From Eledone cirrhosa (lineage: Eukaryota): a DNA stretch of 64,000 bases. Under the pieces are notes generated by a model. That model did not search any database. It saw only the letters and a list, made by a program, of their open reading frames with translations, and was not told the DNA's origin. Positions 28,826-43,110 of this stretch are shown piece after piece (within the stretch, counting starts at the first letter, position 1; each line of letters opens with the position of its first letter). The position numbers and the translations under genes were made by a program. The stretch spans positions 238,700,001 through 238,764,000 of the forward strand of contig OZ024741.1 of assembly GCA_964016885.1 (NCBI GenBank), given 5' to 3'.

Positions 28826-29215
28826 GGAAAAAATGAAACAAAATTTATCGTTTATTGTTTTCGGTGCACCCGGCCGATTAACCCACTAGATATGCAAATT
28901 GGGCTACACAGCCGTTAATATGCATAAGGTAAGTATATACGTTCAACAATCTGGCAGGAAGGTATACATTGCTGACGATAGCTAATAAGCTTGAAACTAG
29001 TACAGCGTTCCTTTGTCAGTGTTGAACAAACGAGCAACGATGGTTGCTAGACACTACGGCTTAATACGGGATGTTTGTTTACAAACACACCGAGCATTAT
29101 AAGAAATGTTCGGTGGATCCATACGTACATGTATATATGTGTGCATGTATGTATATATATATACATACTACTGTATGTCTGTATACATATATGTATGTAC
29201 GTGTACATACTTATA
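28822..29215 (+). mobile_element. Family H12 monomer (retrozyme/pLTR-like) with HHR at 28966-29008
   Basis: Highly similar to the units at 49946-51030: acauug CUGACGA uagcu aaua agcuu GAAAC ua GUA cagcgu. Confidence 0.85.
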
Positions 29216-30558
29216 TATATATATATATATATATAATGAAAATAAAAGTTATGGGCGAAAGAGGGTAATATCCATCATCAGTTGTCTGCTAGGAATCATA
29301 GGTATTTCTTCGCGTTAGAGACAAAGTACCTCAGCCTAGGGCGAGCAATATCTAAAATAAATTATTGGGATTAAAAAAAGGGGGGGGGGAGAAAAAAATG
29401 TAAACAGACACGAAGAGGTGAAGTAATGTAAAGAGAGGAAAAATATCAAGTCAATAACTCGTTTCGAACATAAGTTTGGGCAATTTTGACGATAGAAAAA
29501 AGACACGTCTTCACTGCAGCAGTGCGAGCGAGAGAAGAGACTGCTTGCAGTGGCGGACGAAGGAGGAAGTGAGCTAGCGGAGAGAGGGTGACTAGCCGAG
29601 AGGGAGTGAGTGAAAGTAAGAGGAAGCAAGAAAGAGATAGTTATAGTGGCAGCATAGCCGAGAGAAGGTGACTAGCAGAGGGGGGTGAGTGAAAGTAAGA
29701 GGGAGAAGGAGAGAGAAGGGGGGAGAGAGAGGATAGCAACAAGGGGAGAGAAAAGACGGGTTAGAGCGGAGAAGGAAACTTATATGAATAAAAAGGTGCT
29801 CGCTCACACTGCTACATAATATATGCATATTCATATATGTATATATATTTACATATATGTATGTATATACATATATGTATGTATATACATATAAGGATCT
29901 ATCGACTTTTTTCGTTGACAAATATATCAATATGCCCCTACATGCAGATATATTGCCCTTGGTATGACAGTGTGGTTTTAGCTCAATGTAGGATAACTAG
30001 TATACTACAGAGCCGTCATATGTATATATACATATATATATATGTATATATATACATATATGTATATATATGTATATATACGTATATGTACATATACATA
30101 TATGTATATATGCATATATATATATATGTTTCCCCAGCTGTAGAAATGAGATGATAGGGACAGAGATCCCTATCATTCCACTGCAAAGTGGTCGTGGAGG
30201 TGCCACGGCAAAAAAGCACCCAGCACTCACTGTAAATGAGGTTGGTGTTAGGAAGGGCATCCAGCTGTAGAAATCAAGCCAGAATCAGTTCCCGTCCCAC
30301 CCTTGCAAGCAGGGAAAAAGTGGACGTAAAATGAAAATGAATATATATACACAAATGGAAGTACCACATATTCGAAGCCATAGCCACAGTCAAGCCAACG
30401 AATTCCTTCAGCAGTGCAGCCAAGCACTCGACAAGGTATAGGACCTCAGAGTAATAACATACAGTTTAAAGGGCTTTGCAATATGAAGACAGTGACCGGT
30501 AATTTAGCCGGGGCCTGTAGCCACGAGAGAACTGACTCGTGAGAAAAATTTCATACAC

Positions 30559-30590
<32 letters not shown>

Positions 30591-30621
30591 ATACATATAT
30601 ATATATATATGTATATATACG

Positions 30622-30687
<66 letters not shown>

Positions 30688-30692
<5 letters not shown>

Positions 30693-31460
30693 ATACTTTG
30701 GGAGGGTCATGTTGCCAATAAGAAACACACGCACCAGTTGCTTTCACTTCAATTTATTATAAATTTAATTTATAATAAATTGAAGTGAAAGCAACTGGTG
30801 CGTGTGTTTCTTATTGGCAACATGACCCTCCCAAAGTATAACAATATCGGTTTCAACACACGTTTTCAGATAAAGAATCTTGCTAAACAAATTCAGAAAC
30901 GAAATATATATATACACAGGACAAAATGAAAACACACACACACATAGAACAAACAACTTACAATTAAGGACAAAATGAAAACACACACAGGACAAAATGA
31001 AAACACACACACACACATAGAACAAACAACCAACCAACAATAAATAAATAAATAAATAAACAAATAGATAAATGAACACAAACACACACAGACACCCGGA
31101 TGTGGCGCATGCGCAAACTGAGCACACAACACACACACAGAAACAAAATGGCGTAGGATAGAAGAAAGGAAAGGCACAGAAACAAAGAAAGGAATCCCCA
31201 GTCACTGAAGAGGTTACAGAGTGTGTGACAAAAGGACTATGACTATATATAAACAACTATCTGGTTGTGGAACCAACCAACCAACCAGAAATTTATAAGT
31301 TTGTAAATTTATAAATTTATAAATATATAATAAATTGAAGTGAAAGCAACTGGTGCGTGTGTTTCTTATTGGCAACATGACCCTCCCAAAGTATAACAAT
31401 ATCGGTTTCAACACACGATTTCAGATAAAGAATCTTGCTAAACAAATTCAGAAACGAAAT
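30688..31460 (+). mobile_element. Family H5 element: inverted 3' end, partial copy and long copy with a mutated HHR at 31200-31244
   Basis: aguca CUGAAGA gguuaca gagug ugugac aAAA gga CUA ugacu. 3' end aaattcagaaacgaaat(AT)n. Architecture resembles Penelope pseudo-LTRs. Confidence 0.78.
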
Positions 31461-31699
31461 ATATATATATATATATATGTATATATACGTATATGTATAC
31501 ATATCTCTCTTACTCTTTTACCTGTTCCAGCTATCCGGCTGAGGCCATGCTGGGGCACCACCCTTGTTGCTACACATTTTATCTCGAGCCTGTATTGGTT
31601 AGCCAATGGTGTAAGAGGGAGTTTGTTGCTGCTGCCCTTAGGTTTCCCTCATGCCCTGCTGTGGGCTCATCCGTATATACACACATATATATATATATA

Positions 31700-33088
31700 G
31701 GCATCTGGGCCTGTAGGTCACACTATAACCACACGTATTGTTAACCAGGTAATACTAGGTGTCATACCAAATGATTGGTGCAGTAGCATCATTGTCAACT
31801 GCTACAAAGGTAAAGGTGATGCACTAGATAGAGGAAACTATAGAGGTATAAAGTTGATGGACCAGGTCATAAAAGTAACAGAAAGAGTTATAGCACAGTT
31901 GATTAGGGACCGGGTGAAACTAGATGAGATGCAATTTGGGTTTGTACCAGGAAGAGGCAGCACTGATGCCCTCTTCCTTGTGAGGTAGTTACAGGAAAAG
32001 TACCTAGCTAAAAGTAAGCCACTCTACCTGGCATTCATCAATCTCGAGAAAGCCTTTGACAGAGTTCCACGTGCTATAATCTGGTGTCTCTTAGAAAACT
32101 AGGAGTAGATGAATGGCTTGTGAAAGCTGTACAAGCCATGTATAGGGGAGCAGTAAGCAAAGTTAGGATTAGCAATGAGTATAGCGAGAAATTTAGTGTA
32201 CAGGTCGGTGTCCACCAGGGCTCTGTTCTTAGCCCTCTCCTGTTCATCATAGTCCTGCAGGCAATAACGGAGGAGTTTAAGACTGGATACCCATGGGGAC
32301 TCCTGTATGCAGATGATCTCGCTCTTATAGCTGAATCTATGGTAGAACTAGAGAAGAAATTCCAAACTTGGAAGCAGGGACTAGAAAGAAAGGGTCTCAA
32401 AGTCAACATGACAAAGACTAAGGTCCTTGTAAGTAGACGAGAAAACAGAACCCAGATCCCCTCAGGGAAATGGCCTTGCTCAGTATGTAGGAAAGGTGTA
32501 GGTAGGAACTCCATTCTCTGCCCAAATGCAAACAATGGGTACACAAGAGATGTAGCGGGATCTCAGGAAGCTTAATTAAGAATGTGGGCTTCACATGTAG
32601 CAGCTGTGATGGGACAGCAAGCAGCATACAGCCACAGGAAACAAGTACCACCAATCTCTGGGAGGGCTCTGTAGAAACAGTAGACAGCTTCTGCTACCTA
32701 GGTGACCGAATTAGCAATGGGGTGGGTGTTCAGAAAGTACAATAACTAGGGTAAGAACAGGATGGAATAAGTTCAGGCAACTACTGCCACTGTTAGCTGC
32801 AAAAGGCTTTTCCCTCAAAATGAAAGGCAGACTGTATGATGCGTGTATCCGAACAGCGATGTTGCATGGTAGTGAGACCTGGGCGCTGAAGGTGGAAGAC
32901 TTGCATAGATTAGAAAGAAACGAAGCCTACATGCTCCGATGGATGTGTAATAGTAATATACGCGAACGGCAAAGCATAAATGAATTGAGAGAGAGACTGA
33001 GCATAAGAGGAATCAAATGCTGTGTGCAGGAGAGGCGGTTGCATTGGTATGGACATGTGATGCGTATGAAGGATGACAGCTGCATAAA
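31700..33088 (+). mobile_element. RTE subfamily 2 RT fragment (pseudogene)
   Basis: GNYRGIKL, GVHQGSVLSPLLF, LLYADDL, PHD-like WPCSVCRK, HGSETW; contains frameshifts and stops. Confidence 0.92.
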
Positions 33089-33113
33089 AATATATATATA
33101 TATATATATATAC

Positions 33114-33183
<70 letters not shown>

Positions 33184-33414
33184 ATATATATGTATATTTA
33201 TACTTATGTATATATATATATATATGTATATATATATGTATATGTATACATATGTATATGTATATATATATATATATATCTATATATATGTATACATATG
33301 TATATACATATATATATATATATATACATATACATATGTATATATATATATATATACATATACATATGTATATATATCATCATCATCATCATATATATAT
33401 ATGTATATGTATAC

Positions 33415-33468
<54 letters not shown>

Positions 33469-33484
33469 GCATACATATGTATAT

Positions 33485-33530
<46 letters not shown>

Positions 33531-33549
33531 ATACATATATGTATACATA

Positions 33550-33619
<70 letters not shown>

Positions 33620-33793
33620 TAGATATATATATGTATATTCATTCATTTTTCTAAAAGATAAATCATACACAAAACGCCAGAATCAACAGTTTTCCAAGAG
33701 ATGTCAACATGAATGGACCTGTTATTTTTATCTAGAGACTTTTTTCCAATTCCACCCCGCCCGTCCCCTCAATCTGTCTTATTTCTCATTCTT

Positions 33794-33829
33794 TCTTCTG
33801 ATGAAGGACTAGCGTCCGAAACATTAAGA
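33794..33829 (+). ncRNA. Minimal hammerhead, family H8 (element about 33650-33920)
   Basis: ucuu CUGAUGA a ggac uagc gucc GAAAC AUU aaga. Confidence 0.68.
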
Positions 33830-33919
33830 CCCTCTTCCTGCTATTTCAAGCGTTAACCTAATCTATTCCTCCTTCCATATACTGTACCGATTGTGTTGTT
33901 ATTTCTGTTTACCTTTTAC

Positions 33920-33992
<73 letters not shown>

Positions 33993-34118
33993 TATAAAAT
34001 AAAATAATTAAGTCAAATATTTAAAATTTGGCTTCGTTTATTAAAGATATATATATTAAAGATATATATATATATGTGCATGTATACATATGTGTGTGTG
34101 TATATGTATATATATGTG

Positions 34119-34169
<51 letters not shown>

Positions 34170-36762
34170 ATATATGTATTTATATATATATGTGTTTGTG
34201 TGTATATGTATAATATATATGTGTGTGTGTGTATGTATATATGTGTGTATATATATATATGTCTATATATATATGTGTATGTGTATATATATTTTATATG
34301 TGTATGTGTATATATATGTGTGTGTGCATATATATATATATATATATACACATATATATATATATATATATGCATCTGTATATATTTATATATGTATATA
34401 TATATGTATATATATATGTATATATATATGTATATATATATGTATATATATATGTATATATATATGTATATATATATGTATATATATATGTATATATATA
34501 TGTATATATATATGTATATATATGTATATATATACATGTGTGTTTGTGTGTGTTTATATATATGTGTGTGTGTGTGTGATACTGAATATACTACATATAA
34601 CATTTTCTCTCACATGGAGGTGTAAATGTCTGTTGCTCAAATACAATCATGAAATGTTTCAGTATACTGTATATCCACATGTCATTACATAGACACACAT
34701 GTAGACATTCACATATTTGTACATAAACATAGACAAGTACATAATCCTATAAACTTTTAAACATGTTAAAATGTGTATTTTCATCAATAGAAACATCACA
34801 CACATACATATACAAAACTATAACAACATATAGCTGCACACATGATTTCCTGTTAACTTTTAATTAGTCACCTTTTATTCGACTTTAATTAATTTCCTAT
34901 CGAAACGCAATATTCTTTCATTTCTCTGATTAGAAACAAGATATTCTTTAGCCGCTATTATTTTCAACACGCCAACTAGTCTTTGATATATGGCTTAATC
35001 TATTGTATGAAACTATTGAGAATGTCAGACCTAGCTCTAGTCAATTGTTAATTTTGGCTTGAGTAATTCAATGAAAAATTGTATAAAATTCTATAAATTC
35101 ACAGAGAAATACATTTTTTGATTTTTATTTTTACATTATATCAGAATTTACTGATCAATGGGCATCTATAAACTAATATAGTATTTCAGCTTTCTAAAGA
35201 AATATCAGATAAAAGTTCTATGTTTTATTTTAACAGAGTATTGATTAGGTAGAATTCCCAATGTCGGCCATTTTGATTGACTATCTCCCAGCTGTCAATG
35301 AAAGCTATGATTACATTATAGGAGACTGCAATATCTAACACTAGCAAAGAGAGTCCTTTCCTTACAATCTATAGAACTCTGTCAGGTTTCATGACCTCAG
35401 TGTGGATTTCATGAATCCTACTCTTTGTATCACTGATGCTCTATTGTTAAGTCTTTCTGACTCAAACAAAGCCTCGGGCTAGCTATACAATGAGACAGAA
35501 TTCTATGAAGACTTATATTACAGTAAATCAATAAACATCCCCAACAGCCAATAAGGGAAAAATCTCCTTAAGATCTGGCATGACAGATAGTTTTCTGTAA
35601 ACTTCCCTGTAATAACATAGCAACCCCTCTCTCTATCTTAACAAAATCACGTGAAAAGCTTTTATTATTTAATATTTTCCATTTCTTAAAGAGTTAGAGA
35701 AATTTCATTAATTTCTCTTCAATTCAAAACTGAATGTTACTCATATAGATTTTTTGAAATTATTTTAAGTTTTTCTATTTTGGTTTTAAAGCACTCTGTA
35801 TATGTGAGAATGCATTTAACTGAAAATTCAGAATTATTTATGTTATTCTGAATTTTTTCTGTTTGAATATTTATAATGGAAAAAAAGCATATATAAAATT
35901 GTTTAAAAAGAAAACAGTAAATATAACAAGTATATATGAAAGGTAAACATAAAAAGTAAAAGGAAAAAGGATATAATTAAAACTTACTTTCATTTTGTTT
36001 ATCCTTAGTTTTGAACTGTGATTAAGGGACTTATATCCCAGTGAGGGGTTTTGATGTAGCTGCTGTCCCTGATCTTCCTCATTCTATGTAATGAGTTAGT
36101 GAAAGCCTGTAGCTTTGTTTACAGTGTTTGAATATGTGAATGAGTGAACAATTTCTGATGTTTGCATTAACCTCTGACTGATTGATTGTGATTGTTACTG
36201 AGAGATACTAAAACTATCAATCCAACACTTTAAGCTACTCTTAGGAAATCATTTACACCCACAGAGTTGAACCAATCAGATCATCTACAGAAAAGTTTGT
36301 TTGTATGAGTGTGTGTGTACATGTCTGTGTGTGTATGCGTGTGTGTGTGCATCAGTATTACTGAACATACTGGGTATACCTAAAATATTGCTATTAATTA
36401 TTTGTGGACATGTAAGTGAGCATAATGTATGTGTATATGCAAGAGTGAACATGTATGTTGGAATGTGAATAAATATATGTTATATAAAGACTTAAGATAT
36501 ATTATATAAATGTGATGTTATTCCTAACAGCATGCTATATTTTACAAGATGTAAGGAGACAGTTTAGCAGAAAATGTAAACCGAAACATAAATTTCTCAA
36601 GTGGAATGATCACTTTTCTTCTCCCTTTTCTAAAAAAATAAATTGAAGAATTTTGAATAAGACTAAAAATAATTCTTCCAGGTATACTTTTTTAAATTCA
36701 AAACATTTCTTGAAAATTGAGTTTTCAGCAAGACTATATTTCTTGTGTGTATGTGTGTGAAG

Positions 36763-36807
<45 letters not shown>

Positions 36808-37620
36808 CACATACGCACACACACACACACATACATATATAATTTCCAAATGAGATATTACTGAATCTCTCATGATTAAATGCACACACACACACACACA
36901 CACAGACACACACACACAAATATATATATATATATATATATAAATATGTCTATGACAGATTCAATAATATCTCATTTTGAGCTAGAAATAAATATATGTG
37001 TGTATGTGTTTGTGTTTGTGTGTGTGCATGTGTCTGTGTGTGCGTATGTGTCTGTGTGTGTATGTGTCTGTGTGTGTGCATGTGTGCGTATGTGTATGTG
37101 TCTGTGTGTGTGCATGTGTCTGTGTGTGCGTATGTGTCTGTGTGTGTGTATGTGTCTGTGTGTGTGTGTGCATGTGTCTTTATATGTTTGTGGCTGGGTG
37201 AAAGCTAAAAGAACTATCAATATTTCATTTTCCCTTCCAGTTAGGGAAATAATTATTTCATACATTATTTATTTTTCATTTTCAACTGTCTTCTATCTTT
37301 CTTTTACAGAATTCAGGAATACAGATGGGGAAACATTGTACTGCTTTTCGGGTTTCTTTTCATTTATTTATTTATTTTCAACTTCTTTACATCAGTAATT
37401 GCAGTTCGGCTGTTTAATAATTCATGCAATTTCCAGAATATTTCTAACCCAGTGAATGATAATTCTTTCTTATTCACTATTTTATATGATGTTGCTTTAG
37501 TTGCACATGCATCACCAATACAAATATTTTCACAAACACACACACATTCATATGATACAACAAAAAATACATTTTAAAGAATGTCTCTGCTTAAATATAT
37601 ATAAGTGTGTGTGCATGTGC

Positions 37621-37691
37621 ATGCATATATATATTTATATAGATATATTTATAAAAACATACACACCGACACACCACACACACATAGACAC

Positions 37692-37728
<37 letters not shown>

Positions 37729-37838
37729 ACATATATATATATATATATACATTAGAATGAGTATGCATATATATATATTTATATAGATATATTTATAAAA
37801 ACATACACACCGACACACCACACACACATAGACACAAG

Positions 37839-37876
<38 letters not shown>

Positions 37877-37887
37877 TAGAATGAGTA
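37621..37887. repeat. Local tandem duplication of about 140 bp
   Basis: atgcatatatatatttatatagatatatttataaaaacatacacaccgacacacc...attagaatgagtat occurs twice. Confidence 0.85.
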
Positions 37888-38071
37888 TTTAAAATATGAT
37901 AGTATATGAAACATTGCCTGAATGAGCACTCAATACTTGAATATAAAGAGTAACTACATTTCATCTCTGTGACTGCATATATGTACATAGTGTGTGTTTA
38001 TATATATATATCTATTTGTATATATATTATATATATATGTATGCATATATATATCATATATATATGTGTGC

Positions 38072-38119
<48 letters not shown>

Positions 38120-38211
38120 TATATATATATGTGTGTGTGTATATGTATATATATTATATATACATATGTTATATATATATATATATGTATATGTATATAT
38201 ATTATATATAC

Positions 38212-38264
<53 letters not shown>

Positions 38265-39057
38265 GTGAGAAAGTAAGAAATCGGAGAATAGACCGTTAAA
38301 ACATGTTTATTTAAAACAGCACCTGTATATATATATATATATTATATATACACATTATATATACATATATATATATTATATATATATATTTTATATATAT
38401 ATATTTTATATATATATATATATATATTTTATATATATATATATATTTTATATATATATATATTATATATACACATTATATATACATATATATATATATT
38501 ATATATATATATTTTATATATATATATTATATATATATATTATATATATATTATATATATATATTATATATATATTATATATATATTATATATATATTAT
38601 ATATATATATATATAATAAATAAATATTTGCTCTACGGTTCTTATATATTTGATATATATTTATCCTTATCGAGCCCTCTTTGGATTTTAGTCTTCAAAT
38701 TTCTTATTATTACTATATATTATATATATTATATATATATATTATATATATATATTATATATATATATAATATATATATAATATATATATTATATATATT
38801 ATATATGTATATATTATATATATATTATATATCATCATCATCATCATCATCATCGTTTAACGTTCATCTTCCACGCTTGCATGGGTTTGATATATATATT
38901 ATATATATATATTATATATATATATTATATATATATATTATATATATATATTATATATATATTATATATATATTATATATATATATTATATATATATATT
39001 ATATATATATTATATATATATATATTATATATATATATATTGTGTATATATATTATA

Positions 39058-39124
<67 letters not shown>

Positions 39125-39125
<1 letters not shown>

Positions 39126-39325
39126 CGAAGGAAAAGTGGTAAGGAACCAGGTGGACCATAACGCACCAAAGTACTCAATACTTAGGGTAGTAGAGTGGGT
39201 AATAGGAGTAAGTAAGACCCCGACGGCCGAGCTCAAGCCGTTTCGACGGCTAATTCTGTACTCGACGGCTGTACAGAATTAGCCGTCGAAACGGCTTGAG
39301 CTCGGCCGTCGGGGTCTTACTTACT

Positions 39326-39330
<5 letters not shown>
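39125..39330. mobile_element. Fold-back of family H13 (3' half of an HHR); second copy at 54137-54271(-)
   Basis: Perfect 60-bp arms 39202-39261 and 39271-39330. gacggcu...agccguc GAAAC ggc...gcc GUC is present but CUGANGA is absent. Confidence 0.72.
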
Positions 39331-39384
<54 letters not shown>

Positions 39385-39418
39385 ATGTATATATATATTT
39401 ATTAAAATAACAGATTAA

Positions 39419-39469
39419 AGTTTAAGCAAAGAATCGCTGCTTTCACCCTTAACGGGATCTTCTGAAACT
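39419..39469 (-). ncRNA. HHR-like motif with a CAGAAGA core, family H10, at the presumed Penelope 3' end
   Basis: Minus strand: aguuu CAGAAGA uccc guuaa gggu GAA agcag...uugcu u aaacu. Related copies at 27218-27290 and 17951-17997. Confidence 0.6.
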
Positions 39470-39620
39470 AAAAAAGCCAATCTGTGAACGCAGAAGTAAA
39501 TATTTCAAAAAACGTTGCAATCGGAGGAAGACAGGAAGACGATACTTTGGTTCGTGGAAACGTTCCCTGGCAAAGAACGGGAAAAAACGAACATAATACG
39601 TCATTATTTGGAGCGGTGAA

Positions 39621-39771
39621 CTATGCTTTCCAGCATAGTTACGTCCCTTTACGATCTGAGTTCAAATCCCGCCGAGGTTGACTTTGCCTTTCATCCTTAC
39701 CGGGTCGATAAAATAAAGTACCAGTAATGCACTGGGTATTTGCTGGCCTTGTGCCTAAAGTAGAAACAATT
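39621..39771 (+). mobile_element. SINE family A, 5'-truncated, with an ~18-bp TSD attatttggagcggtgaa
   Basis: TSD at 39603-39620 and 39769-39786. Confidence 0.9.
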
Positions 39772-40660
39772 ATTTGGAGCGGTGAAAAACAATTACACGC
39801 AAAGACAAAACCACGTTTATGGTATAAAAGAATGTGTAGCCTAATATTCTATTAAGTGGTTCATGAAGACGTTCTCTGGCAATGAACGGAAAAGACAAAG
39901 ATAATACGTCATTATGTTGAGCGTTGAGAACAATTGCACGCAAAGACAAAACCACGTAAATGGTATAACTGAAGTCGTAGATTAAAATTTTAACTAGGAA
40001 ACCGAATAATTCTCGCCTTCAGAGTTAAGAATAAAGTAAATAAAATACAGAGGTAATTGAAGTTAAATAAATACATACACGCATCCATATACGTACATAT
40101 ACAATCATACCCGAAAACACTCGCCATAGGTATTCAAATACAAGCAAATACACAAAAAACCCGCACGCACATACAGAACCCACGCAACGCCTGTACCCGG
40201 ACAGATACGAATGTATACACCAAATACACATAAAAATATATATTAAAAAAATATGTATATATGTGTGTGTGCGTGTATACATATAATTAAATAAACGTAT
40301 ATAAATAAATAAATACGTATATAACGCGCGCACACATACCTCCATGTAAATACACATATGTTCGCAGACGTACGTCAACCAAAATACAAAGTACACATAT
40401 ACACACACCCTACATACGTACGAACCCGCATACTCACACAGACGCAAAACTCGCGTATACACATAACCAAATGCATATGTACCAGAATATATAAAATATA
40501 CGCCATAACATATACAATCAAATATACGTACGAGAAAGTATACATACCTTCACAAAAAATACAGGTAAAATATACTTACCTATACAAATAAGTAATGGTA
40601 TAAACATAACATATACTTAGCTACCACATCAAGATGTAAATTATCCGCATATAGTTCGTA

Positions 40661-42998
40661 CTATCCGTTAGGGTATAATGTGGGGATGTAATACAGGAAA
40701 CTTTTGTGCAATTTATGTTTACAAGCCGAAATTGCCTCAGAATTTTTGTTTAAGATGTGGTTTTTGGCGTAGAGTATTTCCAGGGCCTCAGCGGCGCAGA
40801 TGTCACATGGTCTTTTATTTCCGTTATACGATCTACCCTTAGCTAGGATCTCCCAGTGTAACTTATATTAGGTGTGGTTGTCTTTTAGACTCCAGATATA
40901 AGCTGAAAGTGACGTCATATTCCTTCTTAAAGGGTTAAGAAATGAATGGGTATGCATGTAAAGACGCTGCTTGAATCTATTGGCGGTTAACCCCATGTAG
41001 GCCCTACGGGACGTGGGTGTTTCAACCTTACATTTGTAGACAATGTTACTAGAGAGGCATTTCCCGGATAGGGGGCAGTCAACCCGATTCCTACAATTAC
41101 AGTTAGTACTAGCTACAGGGTTGCACGTGTTCCTACGGCTAGGTAGTTTAGCTAAATTTGAAGCTGTGATGTTATGTGCAAGGTTAAGAGTCGTAGAGTA
41201 AGAAATTTTAATGGTATTTCTATTAAAAATCTTACTATATTTATGTGTAGGGGGAAAATGCTTCGTAATAAGGGAGAGAAAGATTTTAGCTAATGGTGTG
41301 GCCACTTCCATATTATATAGTGGGTTATACCATATAATTGTTTCTACTTTTGGCACAAGGCCAGCAATTACCCAGTGCATTACTGGTACTTTATTTTATC
41401 GACCCCGTAAGGATGAAAGGCAAAGTCAACCTCGGCGGGATTTGAACTCAGATCGTAAAGGGACGTAACTATGCTGGAAAGCATGGCGTCCGACCCTCTA
41501 CCGATACTGCCAATCCACCGCCCATGTATACCATATAATGTTATACCATATAATGCGTCGGAATCTATTTTTTCTAGGTCTATTCTCGTACTCTGTATCT
41601 GCTACCTTATCGACAAATCCACTCCGAGGAAGAGCTTCATTGTAATATGTGGAATGGTCGTTGAAAATATGCTCGTTAGTAGATAGACGGGGAAGCCTCA
41701 AAGAAACCTTTCTTACCAGGTTCTTGGTTATACTGGCAGGATGGTTAGAATGCTTACTTATGTAATTAAGCGTAACATTCGGCTTTCTATACGGGTAGTG
41801 CAAGCCATTCGACAAATTAAGGGTAACGTCGAGGTAATTAACGACCGAGAGGTTGGCCTCAACCTGTATGGAGAGGTTGAGGCCTTTAAAGAAGGCTGTG
41901 AGTTCTTTTCTGAACCTGTCGCAAGCACGTGGGCCGCACTTTTTCATGGTCAAAAGACAATCATCACGGTACAAACCACCGCCCACATTGGGGAATTCTT
42001 CCCTGATAGAGAAAAGAAGGAAAAGGCCGATAAGATCAGTAAGCTCCGCAGAATCGCTGGCGCCCATACTCACGTCGAATGGGGTACTATTAGATTTTTT
42101 AATCCAAATAGAGTCGTCGAAATTAATCATCGACTTACGGGCATTGAGGATGACATCAACTTCGAAATCCTTAACCCCTGTGAGTGTTGTAGCGAAATTG
42201 ATAGCTATAAGAAGAAGTAGTAAAGTGATGGAGGAGTAGTAATTATTGATGTCGAATTGGATAAAACGGCAATGTTCCTTTTTGCATATGCCGTTGAACC
42301 AATCAATCACCGCAAAAGAATTCTTCCACAGTGCAAGAGGGCCCAAACTTGTAATTTCAGGTATAATTCTATCTAAAATCCTTTTACTAAGTCTACCTAA
42401 ATCGGACTTCATAGGGTTAATAAGCCGAATAGAGGGATTGTTCGGGAAATTGGAGTTGTGATCCTTCAGGGTAAAGTGGGGAGAAATAGAGTCCAGGGGT
42501 TCAGTCCGGTCCAGGATGTTAAGGTGATTTTAAACCCAGCATCATTGATTTCATTAATGACGGTCCGATTAGTTTTACGGTAATCCTTAGTTACATCATT
42601 ATGTAGCAGTTGATGGTAAGTACTGCGCTCTACTTGATATAGATTGCCAGTTTTGTCGGCGTGGACGTGCACGGCATTAGAATCCTTAATAGAACAAATT
42701 CTATTCTTCAGGTCCAGCTGGAAGGAATTGCTCCTATTCCGAAATTTGATACTCCGTATGTGTTCCAAGACATCATTTTCGAAGGGTAGCAATGCTTGGT
42801 TAACGGAGAATTATTATAGGTTTTAAACCCAAATTTATCCTGTTTGTTGTCTGCTTTTCCCTGATTATCGAAATAAAAGGCACGCTAACGCAACCTTTTA
42901 ATGAACGCGTCTGTTTTCTGTATCAGGAGTTTTAGGTATGTTTTCCTGCTTGGTACAGGTATGTTCTTTGTAGAAATATTCAGATGTTGTTTCTGCAT
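40661..42998 (-). pseudogene. Penelope-like retroelement ORF (RT + GIY-YIG endonuclease), Naiad-type, full length but disabled
   Basis: ATG at 42998: MQKQHLNISTKNIPVPS..FIKRLR*RAFYF..FGFK; FIQFDINNYYSSI; FDVSMGASDSAE; GGLYRDD; IIWYNP; CNCR..CPLSGKC; VYKC..YMGLT..FKQR..H; CDIC..LNKNSE..CKH; stop at 40661. Disabled by 2 premature stops, frameshifts and a SINE insertion. Confidence 0.9.
41336..41523 (-). mobile_element. Full-length SINE family A inserted in the Penelope ORF, TSD tataccatataat
   Basis: TSD at about 41326-41338 and 41527-41539; it splits the IIWYNP motif. Confidence 0.92.
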
Positions 42999-43039
42999 GA
43001 TGAATATAAGTCAATAGAGTGCTCAACCGAGGGAGTCAA

Positions 43040-43100
<61 letters not shown>

Positions 43101-43110
43101 TAATAATAAT

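Noticed and set aside
29250-29520. Possible HHR remnants on the minus strand (ctgatgatgg...; gaaga...cgaaacgagtt)
   Set aside because: Cores are incomplete and stems unconvincing.
40661-42998. Selenocysteine recoding in the Naiad-type ORF
   Set aside because: The in-frame stops seen are TAG and TAA, and the conserved Cys codons read are TGT/TGC.
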